Origin: Candidatus Lustribacter sp.
GTDB taxonomy: Bacteria > Vulcanimicrobiota > Vulcanimicrobiia > Vulcanimicrobiales > Vulcanimicrobiaceae
Direction: 5' to 3'
NCBI GenBank assembly: GCA_965277805.1
Contig: OZ255842.1
Coordinates: 3,584,001 to 3,648,000 of the forward strand
Length of the DNA stretch: 64,000 nt
Under the pieces are notes generated by a model, which worked only from the letters and a program-made list of their open reading frames with translations, made no database searches and was not told the origin of the DNA. Shown piece by piece: positions 19,169 through 28,221 of this stretch. How positions within the stretch are numbered: the stretch's first letter is position 1; each line of letters starts with the position of its first letter. The position numbers and the translations under genes were made by a program.

Positions 19169-19474
19169 CTAGAGCACCGCCCCGACGACGTGCGGCCGCC
19201 TCAGCGCGCCGGCATGGCTGTCCGCGCGCACGTACGAGAGTTGGATCGCGGCAGTGCCGGAGCGCACGGGCAGCGTCACGTGAAACGGCGAGCACACGTG
19301 CGGCGTGCAGAACGAGGCGATCCAGCCACGCGGCACGTCCACGGCGCGCAACCGCACGACCGATCCCGCCGGGGCGCCGACGCGCACGGCAAACGAGGTC
19401 ACGCCCGGATCGGCCGAGGGGTGGCACGTTCCGGCCGCGAGGGCGCACGAGAGAATCGCCAGTGCCAGACTCAT
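19169..19474 (-). CDS. Small secreted Cys-containing protein
   Basis: 101 aa; hydrophobic start; VPRGWIASFCTPHVCSPF; stop abuts the crp start. Confidence 0.6.
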   Translation of the reverse strand: MSLALAILSCALAAGTCHPSADPGVTSFAVRVGAPAGSVVRLRAVDVPRGWIASFCTPHVCSPFHVTLPVRSGTAAIQLSYVRADSHAGALRRPHVVGAVL

Positions 19475-19518
19475 AGCGCGATGCTACGCTTCCAGCCCCG
19501 GGGCGGCAATAAGCCCGC

Positions 19519-21099
19519 TTACATCCCCGGCCGTTCGAGATACAGCGCGTGGCCGGCGAAGTCGAAGGTGACCGTGAACTTGCGCAGGAGGGCGAGGCCC
19601 ACGTTGCCTGCGTCGATGCGGTCGGCGAAGGCGCCGCTCTTGGCTTGGATCACGTCGGCGTCTTGGTTCGAGACGGTCGTCGAGCCGAGCCGCAGCGAGC
19701 TTATCCGCGTGGCATAGCTCTTGTCGCTGCCGCCCACGCCGATGAAGCTGCCCGTCCCGGTGCCCACCGCCGGCGCCAGCGCCGGGTGCGCGTCGGCGAA
19801 GGGACCGTAGATCAAGAGCGGGCTGCTGTCGCCCGTGTCGATGATGAAGGGCGCGTCGATGTCGTTGATGCGCAACACCGCCTCGGGAATGTCGCGGTCG
19901 GTATCGATTGCGATGCGGTCGCCGGCCGGTGTAATCGAACCGGGCGGGCCGAAGCGCATCACGTGGTGCGCGAAGTCGAGCTGCACGATGCTCGCGGCGA
20001 AGAACGGATAGCCCAAAATGCCGTCGATGCGCATGTGGCCGGCCGACGAACCCAACTCGATCGTCGAGATGACCAAGTTGTCGAGATATGCGTTGCCGAT
20101 CGTCAAGCGCGGCAATCGCGCGACGTGCAGGCCGCCCGCGCGCACCGCGCCGCGCACTTCCATCGAGCCTTCTTGCCCGATACCGGCCGCTTGCGCGACC
20201 TGCGAATCGAGCAGCACGTCGGCGGATCCGCTGTCGATGAGAAATGCGTACGGTTTGCCGCCGATCTGCACGACGCACGCGATGCGCGTGCCGTCATCGA
20301 GCAGCGGTACCGTTTGCGCGCCCGCAGCGATCAACCGCCGCGGCACAAGTGGCGCAAACAGGGCGCCGTCGATCGCGCCGCCGACTTTCACCGACGTCGT
20401 TTGCACGATCGTATCGAAGTCGTGTTCGCCGTCGGTCGTGACGGCGTGAAACGCCATCGCCATGCCGCTGACGTCGTGCCAGTCCGACAGGTCCACGTAC
20501 GTCGGCCCGTCGCCGTCGAGATATTCCGTGCGCAGCGGCAAGCCGCTCTCGGTATCGATCCAGATCGTTTCGGGTTCGCCGCCCTCGGCGTTGACCTCGA
20601 TGTTCCACGTGCGCCGGTCGCCGACCATGCCGAAGGCCAGAAAGCGCGCGCGTTCGGGCGCGGTGAGAAATTTTCCCGAATCGATGAAGTTCGCGGTCAG
20701 CGCGCGCCGGCGCAGCACGCCGGTGAGTTCTTGCACGTTGCCGTCGCTCGACGCCCAGATGCGATCGCCGATGCGCAGCGTCGTTTCCATCCGTGGACCG
20801 AGGCTCTCATCGTCGCGTTCGCGGTCCCCGTCGCGCCAGCTGTGAAAGACGCCGCTGAGTCCTTCGCCCGTAATCGTGCCGGTGGTTTCCATCGTCGCAA
20901 CGTCGCGGCCGTGCGTGGCTTTCTGATACGCCGCGAGAATGCCGGTGATCGGCGGCGGATCGCCGATATCGCGTGCTTCGGCAACGGGCATGCACGCAAG
21001 CGCAATCAGCGCCGCGGCAAAGAGAACGCCCTTACGGTTGCGAGCGGTACTGGTCGAGCGAACCGAGGACGTTTTTGACGTAGTTTTGCGTCTCGGCAT
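19519..21099 (-). CDS. Secreted aspartyl protease with two retropepsin-like domains (start uncertain)
   Basis: FLIDSGS...DGILGYPFF and FIIDTGD...GNVGLALL; signal-like [12 protein letters not shown]. Confidence 0.8.
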   Translation of the reverse strand: MPRRKTTSKTSSVRSTSTARNRKGVLFAAALIALACMPVAEARDIGDPPPITGILAAYQKATHGRDVATMETTGTITGEGLSGVFHSWRDGDRERDDESLGPRMETTLRIGDRIWASSDGNVQELTGVLRRRALTANFIDSGKFLTAPERARFLAFGMVGDRRTWNIEVNAEGGEPETIWIDTESGLPLRTEYLDGDGPTYVDLSDWHDVSGMAMAFHAVTTDGEHDFDTIVQTTSVKVGGAIDGALFAPLVPRRLIAAGAQTVPLLDDGTRIACVVQIGGKPYAFLIDSGSADVLLDSQVAQAAGIGQEGSMEVRGAVRAGGLHVARLPRLTIGNAYLDNLVISTIELGSSAGHMRIDGILGYPFFAASIVQLDFAHHVMRFGPPGSITPAGDRIAIDTDRDIPEAVLRINDIDAPFIIDTGDSSPLLIYGPFADAHPALAPAVGTGTGSFIGVGGSDKSYATRISSLRLGSTTVSNQDADVIQAKSGAFADRIDAGNVGLALLRKFTVTFDFAGHALYLERPGM

Positions 21100-21610
21100 A
21101 CGGGGGCACATCACCGTATTTTTCAACGGCATTCGGACCGGCATTGTAGGCGGCGACCGCAAGGCGCGTGTCGCCTTTGAAACGATCGAGCAGGCCGCGC
21201 AGATAGCGCGTTCCGCCCGCAACGTTCTGGGCGGGATCGTAGGGGTTCTTCACACCGAGCGACGCGGCCGTCTCGGGCATGAGCTGCATCAGCCCCTGCG
21301 CGCCGACCGGCGACGTTGCGTTGGCGTTGAACGACGACTCGTTCGCGATGACGGATTTGATCAGCGCGGGATCGACTTGCCAGATGTCGGCGTTCTGCTG
21401 CACGAGCGAGTTGATCTGCTCGGGCGGAACGGGTGCGGGCGCGTCGGGATTCTCCGTGCTCGCCGGGGCGAGTTCGGGCATCAGCGCCTGTGCGAGGACC
21501 GCGTTGAAATCGCTGCCGGGCGGCGTCGTGACGACGGCGCCGGCCGGGGGTGCTCCGCTAATCTGGGCAATCCGGTTCTGGATCGCCGAGATGTCACTGA
21601 GGATATCCAT
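21032..21610 (-). CDS. Lytic transglycosylase (SLT domain)
   Basis: [43 protein letters not shown]. Confidence 0.93.
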   Translation of the reverse strand: MDILSDISAIQNRIAQISGAPPAGAVVTTPPGSDFNAVLAQALMPELAPASTENPDAPAPVPPEQINSLVQQNADIWQVDPALIKSVIANESSFNANATSPVGAQGLMQLMPETAASLGVKNPYDPAQNVAGGTRYLRGLLDRFKGDTRLAVAAYNAGPNAVEKYGDVPPYAETQNYVKNVLGSLDQYRSQP

Positions 21611-22640
21611 CGTCCAAGCTATCGGCGATTGCGGTCATCTGCATGAGGGTTTCGGCCGGATCCGCTCCCCCCTCCGCTTGCTTGAGAAAGCCCGCGATGC
21701 GGGCCTCGGCGGCGATCGCGCGGGCCAGGACGGGATCGCCGGCACCCGGATCGAGGCCGAGTGAGCGGGCATCGCGAGCGCTATCGAGCGCAGCCAGAGC
21801 TGCCCGCAGGCGCGCCGCAGCGCGACGATGCTCGGGCGTTGCGACTTCGCCCAGGGTGCGGCTCGCGCTGGCCGGGAGATCGATCGCCGGAAACCAGCCC
21901 GCGGCCGCGAGACGCGCGCTGAGGACGATGTGGCCGTCCAGCGCGGCCCGCGCGGCCTCGGCGACCGGATCGTGCTCCAGCGGGCCCTCGGAGAGCACGG
22001 TGGCCACCAGCGTGATGCTGCCGGCCGCCGTCGCCCCGGCGCACTCGAGGAGCCGTGCCTGTGTAGCCGTGACCGATGGTGGAAAACCCGCGCGCCCGAC
22101 CGGCTCGCCCCGCGCGATGGCGAGGTCGCGCGCGGCCGCTGCGACCCGCGCTAGGCTGTCGACGACCAGCAGCACGTGCAGTCCGCGCGAACGCAACGCG
22201 TCGGCCTGGGCAAACGCCATTTCCGCCACGCCCAGCCGTTCCGCCGCGGGACGGTCGCTCGTGGCGCACAGGACGGTCGTGCGCGGCGGGATCCGGCGCA
22301 GCCAGCGCTCGGCCTCGCGGCCCCGCTCGCCGGCCAGCGCCACCACCGTGGCGTCGGCGCAGCTGCCGGCGACGATCGCTTCGAGCAGCGTCGACTTGCC
22401 GGCCCCGGGGCTGCCGAAGATCCCGATCCGCGCGCCGCGCCCGAACGCGAGCGGGCCGTCGAGGGCGCGGATCCCGGTGTGGAACGGCGTCGTCACGGCG
22501 ACGCGCCGGCGCAGTTCCGGAACGCGCGGTGCGGCCGCCCGGCGCCGTCCGATCGGAGCCGGACCGCCGTCCAGCACGCAGCCGCCGGCACCGACGGCGC
22601 GGCCGAGCAGCGCCGTTCCGAGCACGACGCGCGCACTCAT
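21594..22640 (-). CDS. fliI: FliI/SctN-family export ATPase lacking the N-terminal domain
   Basis: ATG at 22640 (ATGA overlap); [17 protein letters not shown] (Walker A), [15 protein letters not shown] (Walker B), [20 protein letters not shown]. Confidence 0.88.
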   Translation of the reverse strand: MSARVVLGTALLGRAVGAGGCVLDGGPAPIGRRRAAAPRVPELRRRVAVTTPFHTGIRALDGPLAFGRGARIGIFGSPGAGKSTLLEAIVAGSCADATVVALAGERGREAERWLRRIPPRTTVLCATSDRPAAERLGVAEMAFAQADALRSRGLHVLLVVDSLARVAAAARDLAIARGEPVGRAGFPPSVTATQARLLECAGATAAGSITLVATVLSEGPLEHDPVAEAARAALDGHIVLSARLAAAGWFPAIDLPASASRTLGEVATPEHRRAAARLRAALAALDSARDARSLGLDPGAGDPVLARAIAAEARIAGFLKQAEGGADPAETLMQMTAIADSLDDGYPQ

Positions 22641-22921
22641 GACACGCGCTCGAGCAACGCCGCGAGTACCGCGTCGATCTCGCGGCCCAATGCTGCACGC
22701 GCGGCCTTCCCGAGCGCGGGATCGCACGATGCATCGAACGCGTCGGCGAGCCGCGCGCGAAACACGCGCACGTCGCGCGCGAAATCCGCACCATCTGCAC
22801 GCGCCGGCGGTTGCGGTTCGGCCGGCGCATCATCTGCCGGCGGCTCCTCCGCGACGGTCGCTTCGGGTGCGGCGCGCAACAACTGCGCGAACGAGACGAA
22901 CGCATCGTCAGCCGCGGGCAC
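22637..22921 (-). CDS. Short protein at the fliH position (FliH remnant?)
   Basis: GTG at 22921; 94 aa; helical ARDVRVFRARLADAFD; overlaps both fliF and fliI. Identity rests on position only. Confidence 0.45.
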   Translation of the reverse strand: MPAADDAFVSFAQLLRAAPEATVAEEPPADDAPAEPQPPARADGADFARDVRVFRARLADAFDASCDPALGKAARAALGREIDAVLAALLERVS

Positions 22922-24377
22922 GCAACAACTCCTCAGGATGCGGCACGAGGTCGCTCGCGGCGCGCGCCAGTCGCCGCACGATTTGCGCGCGCTCCTCAGG
23001 CGGATAGAGTTCGAGCACGGCGGCGGCCGTCGCGGCCGGCAGCGCGGAGATGACGGCGGCGGCAACGTGCGGCGGTTCGCCGGCGAGCGCGCCGCGCACG
23101 CGCGCCGGTGGAAGTCCCGCTGATTCGCGCGATGACTTGCGCACGCCGGCCGCTTCCACCGCGCGCACCAGCAAGGCATAGACCGGGCGCGCGCTGCGCA
23201 ACGTCAACACGACGGCACCCGCGACGAGGGCGAGTTGCGGCAGCATGCCGGTGAACAATCCCGCAATGCCCCACGCATCAATCCCGCGTACCGCGGCCGG
23301 CGCCGTCGAGGCGAAGCGCACGGCCTCGACGCGCAACGTATCCCCGCGATGCGCGTCGATGCCGGCCGCGGCCGCCGCGAGCGCGCGAATCGCATCGAGA
23401 TCGATGCCGCGCGCGCCGTCGACGAAGATCGCGACCGATAGGCGCGCGGTCGCATCGGGCGCAGCGGAATGATGCACGTCGCGCGTTTCGCTGCCGCGCT
23501 CTTCGGTGGTCGTGGTTTTCTGGTACTTCTTCTGCGGGCTCGCGTAGCGTTCGTCGCCGTTCGTGCGGGTGAGATCGCCGGCCAGCGGGAGACGTTTGAC
23601 GTCGTGCTCGTCGCGCGCTTCGCCCAGCGGTTCGCGATGCACGCGGACGATCGTCGCGCCCGCGCCGAGCGCCGCATCGAGCGCCGACTGCAGCGAGGCT
23701 TGCAGCGACGTGTCGTCGGGTTCGCTCGTGCCGCCGTCGAGCGCACCGCGATCGTCGAGCACGGTCACGCGCGCGGCATCCAAACCCGGCACACCGCCGG
23801 CGACGAACGCGCGAATACCCGCCACCGCCGCCGGCGAAAGATGCGCGCCCGGCGCGAGCGTGATGCGGACGCTGGCCGATGCGTCGCGCGTCGTTTCGTC
23901 GGCATAGGCGCCGGAACTCGCCGGCGCCACGATCACGCGCGCATCGGCGACGCCGTCCAATCCTCGCAGGCCTTGCGCGAGATCGGCAGCCAGCGCATCG
24001 CGCGTCTGCGCTTCGAGAATGCTCTGCGGCGTGAGCGCGTTGACGTGCGCGAACGTTTCGTCCGACGTGGCGAGATGCCGGTGCGGAACGCCGGCCAGCG
24101 AAAGCCGCAACAGCAACTCCGCGCGTTTGCGCGGATCGACGCGCACGTTGTCGGCCAACGGCGCGTAAGGAACGCCCCAGCCGGCGAGGCGCGTCTGCAC
24201 TTCGGTCAACTGATCCGCGTAGAGCGGCGTGGCGAACAGCGGGATGCGCACGTCGCGCGTCGCGGTGACGCCCCAGCCGAGCGCGACGATCGCCGCGACG
24301 AAACCCGCGAACAGCGCGGCCTTGAGACGCAGCGGCAACGCGCCCAGACGCGCAAGCTCGCGCCGGAACACCTCCAT
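22908..24377 (-). CDS. fliF: FliF MS-ring protein fused to a FliG middle-domain-like tail
   Basis: TM, PLFATPL, LLLRLSLAGVP, GVADARVIVAP, ASASVRITL, FVAGGVPGLDAARVTVLDDRG, RLSVAIFVD, RGDTLRVEAVRF, second TM, then LAGEPPHVAAAVISALPAATAAAVLELYPPEERAQIVRRLA. Confidence 0.85.
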   Translation of the reverse strand: MEVFRRELARLGALPLRLKAALFAGFVAAIVALGWGVTATRDVRIPLFATPLYADQLTEVQTRLAGWGVPYAPLADNVRVDPRKRAELLLRLSLAGVPHRHLATSDETFAHVNALTPQSILEAQTRDALAADLAQGLRGLDGVADARVIVAPASSGAYADETTRDASASVRITLAPGAHLSPAAVAGIRAFVAGGVPGLDAARVTVLDDRGALDGGTSEPDDTSLQASLQSALDAALGAGATIVRVHREPLGEARDEHDVKRLPLAGDLTRTNGDERYASPQKKYQKTTTTEERGSETRDVHHSAAPDATARLSVAIFVDGARGIDLDAIRALAAAAAGIDAHRGDTLRVEAVRFASTAPAAVRGIDAWGIAGLFTGMLPQLALVAGAVVLTLRSARPVYALLVRAVEAAGVRKSSRESAGLPPARVRGALAGEPPHVAAAVISALPAATAAAVLELYPPEERAQIVRRLARAASDLVPHPEELLRARG

Positions 24378-24380
24378 CGG

Positions 24381-24656
24381 CTAGATCTGCAGGCCCAGCA
24401 GCGTTTGCAGTCCCTGCGTGACGCGTTGCGCGCTTGCGGCAGCGAGCTGCAGCGCGATGTCGGCCCGCGCGCGCTCGACGACCATCTCTTGCAGTCCGCC
24501 GCGATGCGCCGCAAACGCGCGCTCGGCATTATCGGCTCCGGCGAGCGCGCCGCTCGCGGCATCGACCAAATCGCCGAACGCGCTTCCAGCTTGCGGCAGC
24601 GGGGTGACCGACGGCGCGTCGGGCGCAACGTCGGGAACGAGCGGTGCGACCTGCAT
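24381..24656 (-). CDS. fliE: Flagellar basal-body protein FliE
   Basis: FGDLVDAA...LQEMVVERARADIALQLAAASAQRVTQGLQTLLGLQI. Confidence 0.85.
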   Translation of the reverse strand: MQVAPLVPDVAPDAPSVTPLPQAGSAFGDLVDAASGALAGADNAERAFAAHRGGLQEMVVERARADIALQLAAASAQRVTQGLQTLLGLQI

Positions 24657-24988
24657 CAGCGTTCGATGTCCAACGTGCGTTCCGCCAGCCGTTTCCCGAT
24701 GTCGAAGATCGATGCGTCGGCTTCATACGCGCGCTGCGCATCGAGCGTCGCGATCAGCTCCGTCAACGCATCGCCCGTGCCGGGTTCCGACGACACCGTG
24801 AAGGCTTCGGTCGTGTCGTCCTCGGCGCCGTCACCCGGAGTTTCCACGAGATGCGCAACCAAACGCTGATACGGATGTCCGGGCGTCGCGGCTTGCGCAG
24901 CCGCTACGTTGCGCGCGTCGAGGTCGAGCATCGTCCGCTGCGCGCTCATCCCGCGCGCCGCAACGTCGAGCAACGCAAAATCCGTCAC
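24656..24988 (-). CDS. flgC: Flagellar rod protein FlgC (short)
   Basis: LDVAARGMSAQRTMLDLDARNVAAA...PYQR...ELIATLDAQRAYEAD. Confidence 0.85.
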   Translation of the reverse strand: MTDFALLDVAARGMSAQRTMLDLDARNVAAAQAATPGHPYQRLVAHLVETPGDGAEDDTTEAFTVSSEPGTGDALTELIATLDAQRAYEADASIFDIGKRLAERTLDIER

Positions 24989-25170
24989 TTCGCCACCAGC
25001 TTGAGCTCGTTCACGCGCGCCTTCACCGCGCCGAGCAGCGCTTCGGTAAACAGCGCCTGCCGCGCCACCGCGCCCATCGACCGCTCATTCGCAGCCCGGC
25101 TCGCCGCAGTAAGTGCATCCCGCGCCCCGGCAGCCGCCGCCGCAGTGGCGTCCCCAATATCAAGACTCAT
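24985..25170 (-). CDS. 61-aa helical protein at the flgB position
   Basis: Stop overlaps the flgC start; C-terminal LLGAVKARVNELKLVAK resembles rod-protein C-termini. Confidence 0.5.
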   Translation of the reverse strand: MSLDIGDATAAAAAGARDALTAASRAANERSMGAVARQALFTEALLGAVKARVNELKLVAK

Positions 25171-25227
25171 GCCGCAACTCTAGCCCCGCACCATGAACGA
25201 ATTGTTGCGCAACCATGAGCGCGGATT

Positions 25228-25249
25228 GTGGCGGTCGAGGGACCGCCAC
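25228..25249. repeat. Perfect hairpin formed from two head-to-head ends of the REP-like repeat
   Basis: GTGGCGGTC-GAGG-GACCGCCAC. Confidence 0.8.
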
Positions 25250-25305
25250 GAATCTTTGGGGAAGCGCGGGTGATTGAAGAAATCTTTCTCACTGGGAGAT
25301 TCAAC

Positions 25306-26400
25306 TTGAAACGTTTGCTTACCGGCGTCTTGATGCTCGCGCTTATGAACGTTCCGGCGTTCGCGCAGCAGTCGTCGCCGCCCATCATTCCGTTCGACTC
25401 GGTGCCGAATCCGATTCAGCTCCCCTACGGGATGTATCTCGGCGAAGCGGCCGCGGTGGCCGTGAATTCCAAGGGTCACATCTTCGTGTTCTCGCGTGGA
25501 AATTCAACCGGCCCGGCCTATGCGGCCACCGCCGCGCAGTTGCTCGAATTCGATCAGAACGGTAAGTATCTGCGCGAGATCGGCCACAATCTCTACGCAT
25601 GGTCGTTCGCGCACGGCGTGGCGATCGACCCCGACGACAACATCTGGGCTGCCGACAAGGGCTCGGATATGGTGGTCAAGTTTACACCGAACGGCCGCGT
25701 CGCGATGGTGCTCGGCCGCAAACAAGAAGCGTCCGACGAAGGCACGGGCCCGCTCAAGCACCCGAAGCCGCCGCTACCGCCGGTGAACGGCCTCTTCCGC
25801 CAAGTCACCGACATCGCGTTCGACAAGGCACGCAACGGCTACATCAGCGACGGCTACATCAACTCGCGCGTCGTCAAGATCGCCAAAGACGGTCGCTGGC
25901 TGACGACATGGGGCACGCCCGGGACCGGACCGGGGCAATTCAATACGCCGCACAGCATCGCGGTGGATGCTGCCGGACTCGTGTATGTCGCCGACCGCGG
26001 CAATCGCCGCATCCAAGTCTTCGACGGCAACGGCACGTTCATTCGGCAGATCACAATCGATTTGCCGGTGCCGCCCAACACGCAAATGGTACTCGGTGAT
26101 TATCCCAAAGCCGACGATCCGGACGGCGACAACTTGCCGGCGCTGCTCAAGCCGGGCGCGCCGTGGGTCGTCTGCATCACGCCGCCCCCGCATCAGTTTC
26201 TCTACACCGCCGACGCCTATCCGGGCCGCGTCTACAAACTCACCCTCGACGGGAAGCTCGTCGGAATGCTCGGCACGGCCGGCAAAGCGCCCAAACAGTT
26301 CGGCTGGATCCACGGCATGGCGTGCCCCTCGGAAAACACGATCTACGTCGCCGAAATCCTCAACTGGCGCATCCAAAAACTCATCCTGCACCCAAGATAG
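25306..26400 (+). CDS. Secreted NHL-repeat beta-propeller (peptidyl-alpha-hydroxyglycine alpha-amidating lyase-like family)
   Basis: TTG at 25306 after GGGAGA; signal peptide; AHGVAIDPDDNIWAAD, GTGPGQFNTPHSIAVD, VYVADRGNRRIQVFD. Confidence 0.85.
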   Translation: MKRLLTGVLMLALMNVPAFAQQSSPPIIPFDSVPNPIQLPYGMYLGEAAAVAVNSKGHIFVFSRGNSTGPAYAATAAQLLEFDQNGKYLREIGHNLYAWSFAHGVAIDPDDNIWAADKGSDMVVKFTPNGRVAMVLGRKQEASDEGTGPLKHPKPPLPPVNGLFRQVTDIAFDKARNGYISDGYINSRVVKIAKDGRWLTTWGTPGTGPGQFNTPHSIAVDAAGLVYVADRGNRRIQVFDGNGTFIRQITIDLPVPPNTQMVLGDYPKADDPDGDNLPALLKPGAPWVVCITPPPHQFLYTADAYPGRVYKLTLDGKLVGMLGTAGKAPKQFGWIHGMACPSENTIYVAEILNWRIQKLILHPR

Positions 26401-26431
26401 CCCGATATGTCGGGGCGACGTCACGACATAC

Positions 26432-26467
26432 AAAAAAAGCCCGCGTCTTGCGCGGGCTTTCCTTTTT
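26432..26467. terminator. Bidirectional intrinsic terminator between the NHL gene and rpsI
   Basis: AAAAAAAGCCCGCG-TCTTG-CGCGGGCTTTCCTTTTT between convergent genes. Confidence 0.85.
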
Positions 26468-26499
26468 CGGCGCCTCGAGAGATCAAGGCGTTCGCGTGA

Positions 26500-26895
26500 T
26501 TAGCGCTTCGAGAACTGGAAGCGTTTGCGGGCGCGTTTGCGGCCGTACTTCTTCGATTCTTTTTCGCGCGGGTCGCGCGTGAGGAGGCCGTTGCGGCGCA
26601 GCGGTTCGCGCAGCGCTTCGTCCATCTCGAGCAACGCACGAGCGATGCCGTGGCGCACGGCGCCGGCTTGTCCGGCCGGTCCGCCGCCGGCGCACTTCAC
26701 GTCGACGTTGAAGCGCGAGCCGGCTTCGGTGACAACGAGCGGCTGCCGCACGATTTGCTGCAGGACCGCGCGGGGGAAGTAATCGTCGATCGGCTTTTTG
26801 TTGACCGTGATGACGCCCTGACCGAGGGTCATCCGGACGCGCGCGACGGCGCGCTTACGACGGCCGGTTCCGAGAAAAAGTTCTGCTGGTTGCAT
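26500..26895 (-). CDS. rpsI: 30S ribosomal protein S9
   Basis: [12 protein letters not shown]...[14 protein letters not shown]...[27 protein letters not shown]. Confidence 0.98.
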   Translation of the reverse strand: MQPAELFLGTGRRKRAVARVRMTLGQGVITVNKKPIDDYFPRAVLQQIVRQPLVVTEAGSRFNVDVKCAGGGPAGQAGAVRHGIARALLEMDEALREPLRRNGLLTRDPREKESKKYGRKRARKRFQFSKR

Positions 26896-26898
26896 GCC

Positions 26899-27324
26899 CT
26901 ACGCCAACGCCGCGGGCTTTTGGGCCGCGTGCGGATGAGAGTCGCCGACGTAGACGCTGAGACGTCCGAGCTGGACGTTGCGCATCCGGTTGGTCGCCAG
27001 CATGCCGCGAACGGCGCGCTCGATCAAACGTTCCGGGTACTTCGCACGAACCTGTGACGCCGTCTCGGTGTGGAGGCCGCCGGGAAAACCGGAGTGACGG
27101 TGATAGACCTTCTGGTTCCACTTGTCGCCGCCGAGCTCGATCTTGTCGGCGTTGATCACGACGACGAAGTCACCGGCATCGATGTGCGGGGTCCAGGTGG
27201 GCTTCTTGCGGCCCGAGAGCGTGCGAGCGATCTTCACCGCGAGCGTGCCGAGGCGTTGCCCCGCCGCGTCGACGATGTACCAATCGTGCGTGGCCTCTGC
27301 CGTGGTCTGTTGGTAGGTGCGCAT
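26899..27324 (-). CDS. rplM: 50S ribosomal protein L13
   Basis: ATG at 27324; WYIVDAAGQRLG, KPTWTPHIDAGDFVVVINA, YHRHSGFPGG, HPHAAQKP. Confidence 0.98.
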   Translation of the reverse strand: MRTYQQTTAEATHDWYIVDAAGQRLGTLAVKIARTLSGRKKPTWTPHIDAGDFVVVINADKIELGGDKWNQKVYHRHSGFPGGLHTETASQVRAKYPERLIERAVRGMLATNRMRNVQLGRLSVYVGDSHPHAAQKPAALA

Positions 27325-27383
27325 GTCTTCTAATCTGTCAGCAAGAGAATAAGACCGCTCCGGCTCGGAACGGCAACCTAAGG

Positions 27384-27412
27384 AGTATACCGGGAGAGCC
27401 GGGGGATGTCCA
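27384..27412 (-). promoter_or_regulatory. Sigma70-type promoter of rplM-rpsI
   Basis: Minus strand TGGACA-17 bp-TATACT. Confidence 0.75.
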
Positions 27413-27420
27413 GGCCTTGG

Positions 27421-27451
27421 GTGGCGGCCCCTCGACAAGCTCGGGGTGACA
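27421..27451 (+). repeat. REP-like dispersed repeat copy
   Basis: GTGGCGGCCCCTCGACAAGCTCGGGGTGACA (2 mismatches to consensus). Confidence 0.9.
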
Positions 27452-27456
27452 GCTGC

Positions 27457-28218
27457 TTAGCTTGCTTGCTCTGAGTCGAAGTTGGGATAGCGGACGCCGA
27501 CGAGGCAGAGGCCTTCGGGCGGGGCGGTATAGCCGGCGCGTTTGCGGTCGCCGGAGCCCAGGATCGCGGGGATGTCGTCCGGGGGGCGGCGGCCGGTGGC
27601 GATCTCTACCAGGGTGCCGGTGATCCGCCGGACCATGCGGTGGAGGAAGCCCTGCCCGGCGATCCGCAGGACGATCCGGTCGCGGCTGCGGTCGATGTCG
27701 ATCGAGTGGATCGTCCGGACCGTCCCGCCGCGCTCGGGCGCCAGGCCGCAGAACGCCACGAAGTCGTGGGTGCCGATCAGGCCGGCCGCGGCCACCCGGG
27801 CCAGTTCGACGTCGGCGGCGCGATGGACGTGATGGGCGAACCGGCGCTCGAAGGCCGAGGGCATCGGCCGGTTGATGATCCGGTACTCATACGTGCGCGC
27901 CTCCGCGTCGAAGCGCGCGGAGAAGCCGTCGGGCGCGAGGCCGGCGTAGCGCACGGTGACGTCGCGCGGGAGGTTGCCGTTCATCGCCAGCGCGAGCCGT
28001 TCGACCGGAAATTCACGCTCGCTCGTAAACGAGATGACTTGGCCCGAGGCATGCACGCCGGCGTCGGTGCGGCCGGCGGCGCTGATCTTCACCGTTCCGG
28101 CGAACAGTAGGCCGAGCACGCGCTCGAGTTCGCCGGCAACGGTTCGCACTTCAGGCTGAAATTGCAATCCGCAAAAGTTCGTGCCGTCGTACTCGACGAC
28201 GGCGCGATAGGTCGGCAA
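27457..28218 (-). CDS. truA: tRNA pseudouridine(38-40) synthase
   Basis: EYDGTNFCGLQ, AGRTDAGVHASGQ, FSARFDA, GTHDF, FLHRMVR, TAPPEGL. Confidence 0.96.
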   Translation of the reverse strand: MPTYRAVVEYDGTNFCGLQFQPEVRTVAGELERVLGLLFAGTVKISAAGRTDAGVHASGQVISFTSEREFPVERLALAMNGNLPRDVTVRYAGLAPDGFSARFDAEARTYEYRIINRPMPSAFERRFAHHVHRAADVELARVAAAGLIGTHDFVAFCGLAPERGGTVRTIHSIDIDRSRDRIVLRIAGQGFLHRMVRRITGTLVEIATGRRPPDDIPAILGSGDRKRAGYTAPPEGLCLVGVRYPNFDSEQAS

Positions 28219-28221
28219 ACG

